From positions 294,019,765 through 294,083,764 of the forward strand of contig NC_133620.1 of assembly GCF_048593235.1 (NCBI RefSeq): a stretch of DNA of 64,000 bases. Direction: 5' to 3'. Positions 54,774-64,000 of the stretch are shown here, one piece after another (within the stretch, counting starts at the first letter, position 1; each line of letters starts with the position of its first letter). Origin of the DNA: Sminthopsis crassicaudata. Taxonomy: Eukaryota. The position numbers and the translations under genes were made by a program. Below the pieces are notes generated by a model. It searched no databases. It saw only the letters and a program-made list of their open reading frames with translations, and was not told where the DNA came from.

Positions 54774-54863
54774 CTAGAAGGAGGGTATGTAAACACCAGA
54801 CACACATACCCTTTCTTCAGTAACCAAGAGATAGTCCAAAACCAATCTATTGTCCATTGCTTC
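54774..54863 (-). pseudogene. env: env TM relic with immunosuppressive-domain-like motif
   Basis: Translates EAMDNRLVLDYLLVTEERVCVSGVYIPSF*, similar to the (L/Y)QNRL(A/G)LDYLLAAEGGVC ISD consensus. Confidence 0.6.
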
Positions 54864-54865
54864 AC

Positions 54866-55143
54866 TGTTAGGGAATCCAATGATCCCCACAAGTTTTTGA
54901 AATCCCACATCAGTCTTTTTATATGTTAGGGAATCCAATGATCCCCACAAGTTTTTGAAATCCCACATCAGTCTTATGATGCCTCAGAGAATCCAATGAT
55001 TCCTGAGGACTTTCAGTCCTACAATAGTCTTATGATATCTCAGAGAATCCAATGATTCCTGAGGACTTTCAGTCCTACAATAGTCTTATGATGTCTCAGA
55101 GAATCCAATGATTCCTGAGGATTTCAGTCCTACAATAGTTTTT
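54866..55143. repeat. minisatellite, 5 units of 56-58 bp (2 type A + 3 type B)
   Basis: Type A units start at 54866 and 54924 (58 bp). Type B units start at 54976, 55032 and 55088 (56 bp). Shared core gaatccaatgat. Confidence 0.92.
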
Positions 55144-55181
55144 GATGTCCATGGGTCAAACGCCATAACTGCCAGGTTCTT

Positions 55182-55505
55182 TCAGTGGTGGGCACAGTCA
55201 GCAACGGAACCACCCGATGTTTCTTGGGCCTTCTCCTTCGTTTCAAGGGTCTGCTCTGTCTCTCTCCAATGGACAAGGCGAATACGGCTCGTTGGCACCC
55301 ATCTGATTCCTTCTCCATCTGTAGAGATAGAAGCAAACCCTCTCCCCCAAGCAGTTAACCTATCTGGTCCCTTCCATTCACCACTTTCTGGGTCTCTCCA
55401 CATCACTTAGCGATTATCTAAAGACAGTGGAGCTGCTCGCACTGGACACTGCCCTTCCGGTGAGTTATAAAACCTGTCTGCTGGAGCCAGTGCATCTTTG
55501 TCAAA
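55182..55505 (-). pseudogene. pol: integrase C-terminal fragment
   Basis: FDKDALAPADRFYNSPEGQCPVRAAPLSLDNR*VMWRDPESGEWKGPDRLTAWGRGFA...RWVP matches the betaretroviral IN C-terminal domain (W.DP....W.GPD.L..WGRG.A). One in-frame TAA at 55409-55407. Confidence 0.85.
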
Positions 55506-56235
55506 AGATGCTATCAAAGCATGGGCTTCTCTCCCCAGTAAAAACTACAAGGGTGAGACCTACACAAAAATTGTACAGGGACCAAATGAACCTTTTGCTG
55601 ATTTTGTGGCACGTTTGCAGACAGCTGTCACACAGGCTAATGGTGAAAATGAAGTAACAGACACTTTGGTGAGGCAACTTGCTAGAGACAATGCCAATGA
55701 GGTTTGTAGAAGGATTATACTAGGACTACATAAGGATGCTCCTTTAGAGGAGATCATAAGACGCTGTGCCACAATGGGCACAAATACCTTTTATAGCCAG
55801 GCTATGGTGCAGACTTCCCAAGATCCCAACATGGGGAGACAGGATCCCTTTTGGCAAGGGGTTTCCAGAGAGACTCGTCAATGCTTTCAATGCGGTAAAG
55901 TAGGCCATTTGAAAGCTCAATGTTGGCACAGAGACAGAGTGAGAAGACAGGCTGGGAGAACAAGACCCAAAACCCCATGTCCAAAATGCAACAGAGGACT
56001 CCATTGGGCCTCAGAGTGTAGACTGATTCAGGGAAACGGGATGAGCGGCCCAGCTCCAGGGCCCCAAGCAAAAAACACTTGGGGCATGATGGCAGCCGAT
56101 CCCACACCCAGAGAGTGCCTCCAAGTACAATACCCAGACATGACCAATCAGCCAGGAAGCCATCTGAGGGGAGAAAGGGATTACACAATCAGTCAGCCAG
56201 GAAGCAACATGATGGGAGAAAGGGACTACAATTAG
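55498..56235 (+). CDS. gag: gag fragment (CA C-terminal/MHR + NC with two CCHC knuckles), 5'-truncated
   Basis: MHR IVQGPNEPFADFVARL; knuckles CFQCGKVGHLKAQC and CPKCNRGLHWASEC. Open frame, but MA and the N-terminal part of CA are missing. Confidence 0.92.
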   Translation: MSKDAIKAWASLPSKNYKGETYTKIVQGPNEPFADFVARLQTAVTQANGENEVTDTLVRQLARDNANEVCRRIILGLHKDAPLEEIIRRCATMGTNTFYSQAMVQTSQDPNMGRQDPFWQGVSRETRQCFQCGKVGHLKAQCWHRDRVRRQAGRTRPKTPCPKCNRGLHWASECRLIQGNGMSGPAPGPQAKNTWGMMAADPTPRECLQVQYPDMTNQPGSHLRGERDYTISQPGSNMMGERDYN

Positions 56236-56900
56236 GGAGGATAGAGTTGTATGCAGCTGGGACAATTGAGATACCCCCTGGAGAGGTGAAATCTGTTCCT
56301 CTCCAACCTATGGATCCCTTGCCTCCAGGCACAGTAGGCTTGACCATTTCACCTCCTGAGAGTACTTACAAAACAGTGTTCATTCATACACTGATGTGGG
56401 AAACTGGGGAATGTGTAGATAATATCCCAGTCACTAACACAGGGAGACAATGTGTGACTTATCAACCAGGGGAAGTAGTAGCATCAGGTTTATTGATACA
56501 GACTCCTAATAAGCAACCTGGTGACAGTCACCCATGTTCGGACTCCAAGCAGAAAAACCCAGGAATATACTGGACAACAGCTGTGACAGCTGACCGACCT
56601 ATGCTCACCATCTATATAAATGGCATAGCATTAGAAGGACTGGTGGACACAGGTGCAGATCGCACAGTCATTAGAGGTGCCAACTGGCCCAGTCACTGGT
56701 CAAAGACTAAGGCAGACACCTACATGTCTGGGGTAGGAGGATCAATAGCAGCTGAAGTTAGTGCTACCCCTTTAAGATGGGTATTTGAAGGTGAAACAGG
56801 AGTTTTTACTCCTTTTATAGTTGAAAAAATCCCCATCAATCTGTGGGGAAGAGACATTTTACAACAATTAGGGTTAAAAATGAGTACTTCGGTTTTTTAG
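56031..56900 (+). CDS. pro: pro: degenerate dUTPase-like domain + aspartic protease
   Basis: In the -1 frame from gag and open from the slippery GGGAAAC at 56031-56037. Active site LVDTGADRTVI and NLWGRDIL. No G-patch. Confidence 0.9.
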   Translation, partial: GKRDERPSSRAPSKKHLGHDGSRSHTQRVPPSTIPRHDQSARKPSEGRKGLHNQSARKQHDGRKGLQLGRIELYAAGTIEIPPGEVKSVPLQPMDPLPPGTVGLTISPPESTYKTVFIHTLMWETGECVDNIPVTNTGRQCVTYQPGEVVASGLLIQTPNKQPGDSHPCSDSKQKNPGIYWTTAVTADRPMLTIYINGIALEGLVDTGADRTVIRGANWPSHWSKTKADTYMSGVGGSIAAEVSATPLRWVFEGETGVFTPFIVEKIPINLWGRDILQQLGLKMSTSVF

Positions 56901-58198
56901 GCAGGGCTGCTGTTGAAGGCCTGCCAACACTTTCACCTGTTCCTATCCAGTGGAAAACTGATACACCAGTGTGGATAGAACAGTGGCCCTTAGGTAGCGA
57001 TAAAATTCAGGCCTTACTAGATATAGTACAGGAACAACTTGATCAAGGACACTTACAACCTTCTCTAAGTCCTTGGAATTCCCCAGTATTTGTTGTAAAA
57101 AAGAAATCTGGAAAATGGAGGATGTTGACTGATTTAAGAAAGGTAAATGAACAGATGGAAACTATGGGAACTCTTCAACCTGGACTTCCATCTCCTACTC
57201 AGTTGCCTAGAGAATGGCCTCTGTGGGTTATAGACATTAAGGATTGTTTCTATTCTATCCCTCTAGATAAGGAGGATATGAAAAGATTTGCTTTTTCAGT
57301 GCCCAGCGTTAACTTAGCTGAGCCTTATAAAAGATATGAATGGACAGTTTTGCCACAGGGAATGAAAAACAGCCCTACTATGTGTCAAATGTATGTTGCT
57401 GCTGCTCTTAGTCCAGTAAGAAAAGCATTTCCAAAAGTAATGTTATTACATTACATGGATGATATATTGGGATGTGCACCTGAGGAACAAATGTTAGAAG
57501 CATGTCTACAAAAAACCATAGAAACACTAAGGAATTATAAATTGCACATAGCTTCAGAAAAGATTCAAAGACATGCTCCTTTTCAATATTTAGGATATGA
57601 AGTATATCCTAAGGTGCTTACAGTACAAAAACTCTCCTTAAGAACAGAGAAGCTAAACACCTTAAATGACTTCCAGAAATTGATAGGAGATATCCAATGG
57701 ATGCGTCCCGTGCTAGGCTTGACTACCTGTCAATTGCAACCATTATATGACATTTTAAGGGGAGACAGTGCTTTAAATTCACCACGCCAGCTTACAAAAG
57801 AAGCTCAAGAGGCTTTGAGACAAGTTGAACTGGCTTTATTTAATGTGGTTGAAAGAGTCACTCAAAAACCCTTGGAAATATCAGTTTTTGCTACACAAGA
57901 GGCCCCCACAGCAGTCCTTCATCAAGGAGACAGTGTGATCGAGTGGGTGAACCTCCCAGCACAACCAGAACAAAGCCTTATTCCTTACCCAGTGCTTGTG
58001 GCTAGAATTTTATTAAAGGCCATTAAACGAGCAGTACAATTATCTGGGACAAGACCTGACAAGATATATACCTTTTATACTAATGCACAAGTTAATGTGT
58101 GCTGCGAAACCATCCCAGAGTGGCAAATTTTATTAACCATGGCTCCAAATTTTGCACACGGGTCTCCATTAAAGATAACCAGACTGCTACATAATTGG
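56843..58198 (+). CDS. pol: pol fragment: reverse transcriptase + connection, truncated before RNase H/IN
   Basis: In the -1 frame from pro. PVWIEQWPL, SPWNSPVFVVKKKSGKWRMLTDLRKVN, IDIKDCFYSIPL, VLPQGMKNSPTMCQ, HYMDDIL, LNDFQKLIGDIQW. The ORF runs on into LTR sequence and stops at 58246. Confidence 0.95.
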
Positions 58199-58255
58199 CA
58201 ATTAGTCTCACGTGCTTCATCATCCAAGTGCATTGCTCAGTTCTAGCCCTTTACA
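58193..58255 (-). mobile_element. 5' LTR stub (first 63 bp of U3)
   Basis: Identical to 54280-54342 except for one base (ccaagtgc vs ccaaatgc). Confidence 0.92.
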
Positions 58256-59620
58256 TACAATGATGAGGTACAAAAGATGGAATGCAGGGCTGGTTCAATA
58301 TAAGGAAAACTATTGGCATAATTAACCATATCAATAATAAAACTAACAGAAATCATATGATAATGTCAATTGATGCAGAAAGATTTTGACAAAATACAGC
58401 ATCTATTCTTATTAAAAACATTAGAGAGCATAGGAATAAAATTAGTGTCTATCTAAGACCATTTGTAAGCATTATTTGGAATAGGGAGAACCTTAGAAGC
58501 ATTCCCAGTAAGATCTGGGGTGAAACAAGACTGTCCATTATCACTACTATTATCAGTATTGTACTAGAACTGAAATAGAAGGAATTAGAGTAAATAATGA
58601 GGAAATAAAATCATCACTCTTTATAGATAATATAATGGTATATTTAGAGAATACTTAAAAATACTTGAAATAATTAACAGTTTTAGTAAAGTTGCAGGAT
58701 GTAAAATAAACCCACATTTATTATTAAATAAATCAGCATTTCTACATATTACAAAGCCTAGTAGCAAGAGATAGAAAGATAAATTCCATTTAAAATAACT
58801 GTACACAAAATAAAATATTTGGGACTCTACCTACCAAGCTAAAGCCAAGAACTATGTGAACATAATTTAAAAAACACTTTTCACACAAATAAAGTCAGAG
58901 ATAAACAATTGGAAAAATATCAATTGCTCATGGATAGGCTGAGCTAATAAAATAAAATTGACAGTTCTACTTAAATTAATCTACTTATTCAGTGCCATAC
59001 CAATCAAAATACCCAAAGTGATTTTATAGAGCTCAAAAATTAATAACAAAATTCATCTGGAAGAACAGAAGGTCAAAAAGATCAAGGGAACTAATTGGAA
59101 AAAAATTTTTTCAAAGGAAGGTGGCCTACCTGTAGCTGATGTAAAACAATATTATAAAATGGCAGTCATCAAAACCATTTGGTATTGGCTTAAGAAATAG
59201 AGTAGTGGATCAGTGAAATAGATTAGGTATACAAGACACAATAGTCAATGACTATATTAATTTACTATTTGATAAACCCAAAGACATTAACTTCTGAGAT
59301 AAAAATTTGACAGAAATTACTGGGAAAACTAGAAAATGGTATGCCAGAAATTAGGTATAGATCAATGTCTTGTATCCAAATAAGGTAAAAATGGGTTCAT
59401 GATTTAGACATAAAGAGTGATACTATAGCAAATCAAGAGAGCAAAGGATAGTTCATTTGTAAGATCTCTAGAGAAGAGAGGAATATATGTCCAAACAAGA
59501 ATTAGAAAACATTAAGAAATGCAAAATGAATAATTTTGAATACATTAAAAAGGCTTTGCACAAACAAAAGATGAAAAGGAAGCAGAAAGCTGAGATACAC
59601 TTTTTATAGCCAATGTTTCT
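58256..59620 (+). mobile_element. LINE-1 ORF2 (RT region, decayed), right flank of the provirus
   Basis: ggaatgcagggctggttcaatataaggaaa ([10 protein letters not shown]), atatgataatgtcaattgatgcagaaagattttgacaaaatacagc, ggggtgaaacaagactgtccattatcac (GVKQ.CPLS). Confidence 0.85.
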
Positions 59621-59695
59621 GGTAAACCTCATCACTATCACTATTTTTTTTTAGAGATGGATAGGACCTCCATCCATTCCTCCTCATTAAAAAAA

Positions 59696-61045
59696 AAAAA
59701 TTAATTAATTTTATAATTATAACATTTTTTGACAGTACATATGCATAAGTAATTTTTTACATTATCTCTTGTACTCCCTTCTGTTCTGAATTTTCCCCTC
59801 CTTCCCTCCACCCCCTCCCCTAGATGGCAGGTATTCCCATACATATTAAATATCTTATAGTATATCCTAGATACAATATATATGTGCAGAACCGAATTTT
59901 TGTTGTTGTTGTTGCACAGGAAGAATTGCATTCAGAAGGTAAAAATAACCTGGGAAGAAAAACCAAAAATGCAAACAGTTTACACTCATTTCCCACTGTT
60001 CCTTCTCTGGATGTAGCTGATTCTGTCCATCATTGATCAGTTGGAACTGAATTAGATCTTCTCTATGTTGAAGAAATCCATTTCCATCAGAATACATCCT
60101 CCTACAGTACCATTGTTGAAGTGTATAATGATCTCCTAGTTCTGCTCATCTCACTCAGCAACAGTTGATTTAAGTCTCTCCAGGCCTCTCTGTATTCCTC
60201 CTGCTGGTCATTTCTTACAGAACAATAATATTCCATAACCTTCATATACCATAATTTACCCAACCATTCTCCAATTGATGGGCATCCATTCATTTTCCAG
60301 TTTTTAGCCGCTACGAAAAGGGCTGCCACAAACATTTTGGCACATACAGATCCTTTCCCTTCTTTAGTATTTCCTTGGGATATAAGCCCAGTAGTAGTAT
60401 GGCTGGGTCAAAGGTTATGCACAATTTGATAACTTTTGGGGCATAATTCCAGATTGCTCTCCAGAATGGTTGGATTCTTTCACAACTCCACCCACCATGC
60501 ATCAGTGTCCCAGTTTTCCAACATTCATCGTTATTTGTTCCTGTCATCTTAGCCAATCTGACAGGTGTGTAGTGGTATCTCAGAGTTGTCTTAATTTGCA
60601 TTTCCTGATCAATAGTGATTTGGAACACTTTCATATGAGTGGAAATAGTTTCAATTTCATCATTTGAAAATTGTCTGTTCATATCCTTTGACCATTTATC
60701 AATTGGAGAATGGCTTGATTTCTTATAAATTAGAGTCAATTCTCTGTATATTTTCGAGATGAGGCCTTTATCAGAACCTTTAACTGTAAAATATTTTCCC
60801 AATTTGTTACTTCCCTTCTAATCTTGTTTGCATTAGTTTTGTTTGTACAAAAGCTTTTAAATTTGATGTCATCCAAATGTTCTATTTTGTGATCAATAAT
60901 GCTCTCTAGTTCTCGTTTGGTCACAAACTCCTTCCTCCTCCACAAGTCTGAGAGGTAAATCATCCCATGTTCCTCCAATTTATTTATGATCTCATTCTTT
61001 ATGCCTAAATCATGGACCCATTTTGATCTTATCTTAGTATGTATC
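59696..61045 (-). mobile_element. LINE-1 3' end, ~1.35 kb, 5'-truncated, frameshifted
   Basis: Antisense ORFs 60311-60802 and 60102-60335 are the L1 ORF2 C-terminus. The 3' UTR matches 2985-3506. Confidence 0.92.
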
Positions 61046-61399
61046 ACCACCTTTATTAAAGGTATCAGAGAAAGTGGAGAGGTACCAGGTTTCCTATTTC
61101 CAAATTCAGATAATCTTATCATAATTACACCGTCTCTAATGCAACTGCTGGCAAGCCGAGGCCTCTGGGAGGGATGGGTGCCTGGCGCCCTGGAGGCTGT
61201 TGAAAGACATTAGTTCAAAGTCACTTTTAACCTCTGCCTCAATTTTTTTGGTATGCAAAATGGGGATAAGACCATGCACTTCCTGGGATAAATGAAGTTA
61301 ATATATTATAGTCCTCCGAAAATTTTACTCCCTTTATGGAAAGGGCTTAAGTGTTTCCACAGTAAAGAGTTAACACTTTACATTAAGCAGCCTACAACC

Positions 61400-61950
61400 G
61401 TCCAACAATCTCTGGTAGTTCTAAAACTCCCGCCCCGATTTCCTCCCTATGCTTCCCCTCCCTCCCCACCCCGCCGCCAATCATTCACTTCGTGGGTGGG
61501 GTCATACCCGGGATAGTAACTGGGATAGGCTGAGTTTCGAGTGACGTCGCAATTGCCCAATCAATGATTAGCGTGACTGTGGCGTCCCTACGGAAAGGAA
61601 TGGTGGAGTGTGGGGAAGTCACGTCCCAGCACGTGATATAGGTGACAACCCGGAAGCAACGCCACTTTTTGCAAGCTTTCTCCGCACCTACGGCTTGAAA
61701 TGGTGAGAAAGCGGTGGCGCATGCGCATTATTCTTTCCCTTTTCCTTTTTTCTCTTCTTTTCCTTTTCTCCTCCTCCCCACGGTTCAGCTCCCCATGCCC
61801 CCTTCCCCCACAACCATGGTTCAAAGAGATAGTCCGGGGGTGTCGGGCCTAGGGGAAGTGGAGGCTGGGAGGGCCTGGATGTGTGTGTCTTTGTGTCCGA
61901 GGGTATAGGTGGGGGTGGGGATGGGGTGGTCGGGTCTGGTCGTATCTTGG
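61400..61950. promoter_or_regulatory. LAMTOR4 CpG-island promoter
   Basis: CpG-rich. TGACGT at 61542-61547, CCAAT at 61557-61561, E-box CACGTG at 61630-61635, ETS-type ccggaag at ~61651, NRF1-type GCGCATGCGC at 61717-61726. Confidence 0.75.
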
Positions 61951-63319
61951 AGGGAAAAAAAGAGGTCTCGGAGGGGTAGTCTCCTGGATGTGGGGGACGG
62001 GGGAGAAAGGGGAGGAAAGTTCGTGGGAAAGTGATGTTTTCTCTGGAGCAATGGAAGGGGATGATCTTTTTAAAGGGAGGAGGCCTAGATAGAAAGGCCC
62101 TGTAAGGATTTCAGGCTCTATTGGGTTTCTCCTCAGAAAAATAGAAGCTCTTTGAAAACAGGTATTAGGGCATTTTTCCCCCTTTAGTGTCTGCCACATA
62201 ATCACAGCCTAATAGTAAATGCTGTTTGATGTGGAGCCTGGGGTGGGGGTGGAGAAAGAAGTCTGTTTTTATCTGGATAGTTTCTGCCCCTCATCTGCAC
62301 CCTTTCCTTGAGGACTGTCTTGTTTCTGTTTAGTCTTTGCTAGTACTGTGCCTCAGTTTATCAACTAGCATCTTCTCCAACTGCTGCGAAAAACTAAACA
62401 GGTCCCTCTCCCAAGGAAATGACGTTCTTTAGGAGGACAAGGTGACATGTGCGTAGCAAATTAAATGTAATATGTAAGTAATTTCTAAAAGGGAAGACCC
62501 TAGCAACTGGGGCAAATAAAATAGGCTTTCCCTAGGAAATAGTGCTCGGAATTGAGTTTTGAAGATAGGGAGACCTTGTGGTGCTGGGTAATGAATGCTG
62601 GATTTAGAGATTTAGACTTGGTTCAGACTCTCTGTGAAACCGTACCTTAACTTTTGTGGGCTTCATGTTCATCATTTAAATGATGGGGATTGGACTGGGG
62701 GCTTCCATAATCCCAGAGTACTTTCTAAGTATGGGAATTCTCTATTCAAGTGCAAATTTTGTTGTGGTTAAAGAAGATTTAGGATTGTGTGTTTAAAAAC
62801 CAGGGATCTGAGAGAACATGAAGGAGAGATATAAATAAGGCAAGGTACTTGGGCACTGAGTACAAAGAGTGTATTTAGTGTCATGGCTTCCTGAAAAGAG
62901 AGCTGGATTGAAAATCAGAAGGGACTTTCATATTCCACCTGTGACATTGAATTAGACGCTTAACTTTTCTTGAATCTATTATTTTTAAATGGACATAATA
63001 ATTAATCTGTTGCAATTACTTCCAACTGGGTTGTGAGGATCAGGTGCTTGTCTTATATAAATAACACTTGCCTTGGCATGGTGGGGAGACATGTAAGGAA
63101 AATAGGGCAATTGGAAAGATGTTAGTTAGCATCAGCAGGAGGCACTGTGGTTTCCAAGTGTGTAAGAAAGAGCTCAAGCCAGCTCTTTTTCTTCTTTCTT
63201 TCTGATTTCCTTCTCATCATCTGCTCTGCTTCTTCTAGACATCTGCATTGACCCAGGGGCTGGAGCGTATCCCTGACCAGCTGGGCTACTTGGTGCTAAG
63301 TGAAGGAGCCGTGCTGGCG
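61700..63319 (+). CDS. LAMTOR4: Ragulator complex subunit LAMTOR4, exons 1-2 (partial; the gene continues beyond the window)
   Basis: Exon 1 contributes only ATG (61700-61702, then gtgaga). Exon 2 (63239-63319) translates [27 protein letters not shown]|gtaagt, identical to the human N-terminus as recalled. Confidence 0.9.
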
Positions 63320-64000
63320 GTAAGTCTTAGGGTGAAGAGTAGAAAGAAGTTGATCTGATCCTTGGTAGCCCTACCCGATTTATGACCCTTCTAATTATAT
63401 CTTCCTTCCTCCAGTTTCTCCCACTTTGAAATGAGCATTATAGTTTGATCCACAAAGCATGCATAATCCTTATCCTTAAACCTCCATGGATTTAACTTAT
63501 CTTTGTGTAAATGACTCCTAAATCTATGTACCTCTTTTTTGTATTACAGTCTCTCATCACAAACTTCCTGCCAGAAATCCCCACTTCTTTATTCCATAGA
63601 GATCTCAAATTCAACAAGGCCAAAACAAAAGTCACTATCTTTCTCCTTAAAACCCCCATCTCTTCCCAACTTCCCTGTTTTTGTCAGTTCTTTCATCTCT
63701 CCCAGGTAAAATACCCAGGAGACATCTGTGGAGCTATATTTATTGTCACCTACCATATCCATGCAGTTGCCAAGTCTTGTCAATTCTTTGTCTTAAATAT
63801 CAAATCAATTCCCTTCTCTCTACTTATCCCATTAACCACTATGGTTCAGTTCACATCACCTCTCCCCCTGGCTATTGCAGGTACCTCCTAATGAATATCC
63901 TTGAATCAAGTCTCTTCCTTCTCTAGTCCCATCTCCTGTATAGCTGCCAAATTGATATTTCTCAAATGAAGATCTGTGTTTTTATCCTGCTCAAGAAGCT

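Larger units (their letters stand above)
54042..58255 (-). mobile_element. betaretrovirus-like endogenous provirus with inverted gag-pro-pol core
   Basis: Outer termini TG...CA flanked by a 6-bp TSD TACAAT (54036-54041, 58256-58261). The LTRs, PPT, IN tail and env relic are on the minus strand; gag-pro-pol is on the plus strand. Confidence 0.92.

Noticed and set aside
54866-55143. Regular ~57-bp repeats with internal palindromes, superficially CRISPR-like
   Set aside because: Units are contiguous with no unique spacers, there are no cas genes, and the context is a eukaryotic ERV. It is a minisatellite.
58199-58246. Last residues of the 467-aa pol ORF (QLVSRASSSKCIAQF)
   Set aside because: Read-through into antisense LTR sequence past the inversion breakpoint, not genuine Pol.

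Overview
Mammalian genomic DNA, almost certainly marsupial and probably dasyurid (young WSINE1-type CORE-SINEs, marsupial L1 3' ends). It is syntenic to human 7q22.1. I could reconstruct every coding exon by hand for COPS6 (+, 322 aa), MCM7 (-, 722 aa), AP4M1 (+, 449 aa), TAF6 (-, 678 aa) and CNPY4 (+, 233 aa), plus the first two coding exons of LAMTOR4 (+). MCM7 intron 13 carries miR-25 and miR-93 but no recognisable miR-106b, and a hAT-type MITE lies next to miR-93. AP4M1 intron 1 appears to be a rare AT-AG minor-spliceosome intron. CNPY4 intron 1 has a U12-type donor, and MCM7 intron 3 probably has a GC donor. MBLAC1, which lies between CNPY4 and LAMTOR4 in human, is not visible here. That interval instead holds an L1 interrupted by a young-looking betaretrovirus-like provirus (54042-58255, 6-bp TSD TACAAT). 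Its gag-pro-pol core is inverted relative to its LTRs, env is mostly replaced by tandem hairpin arrays, and its dUTPase domain is degenerate. The first 9 kb is repeat-rich (LTR-like pieces, L1, SINEs) and includes a BLOC1S2 retrocopy fragment. Gene, miRNA and repeat-family identifications come from my recall of known sequences, not from database searches. Repeat boundaries are approximate unless TSDs are given.
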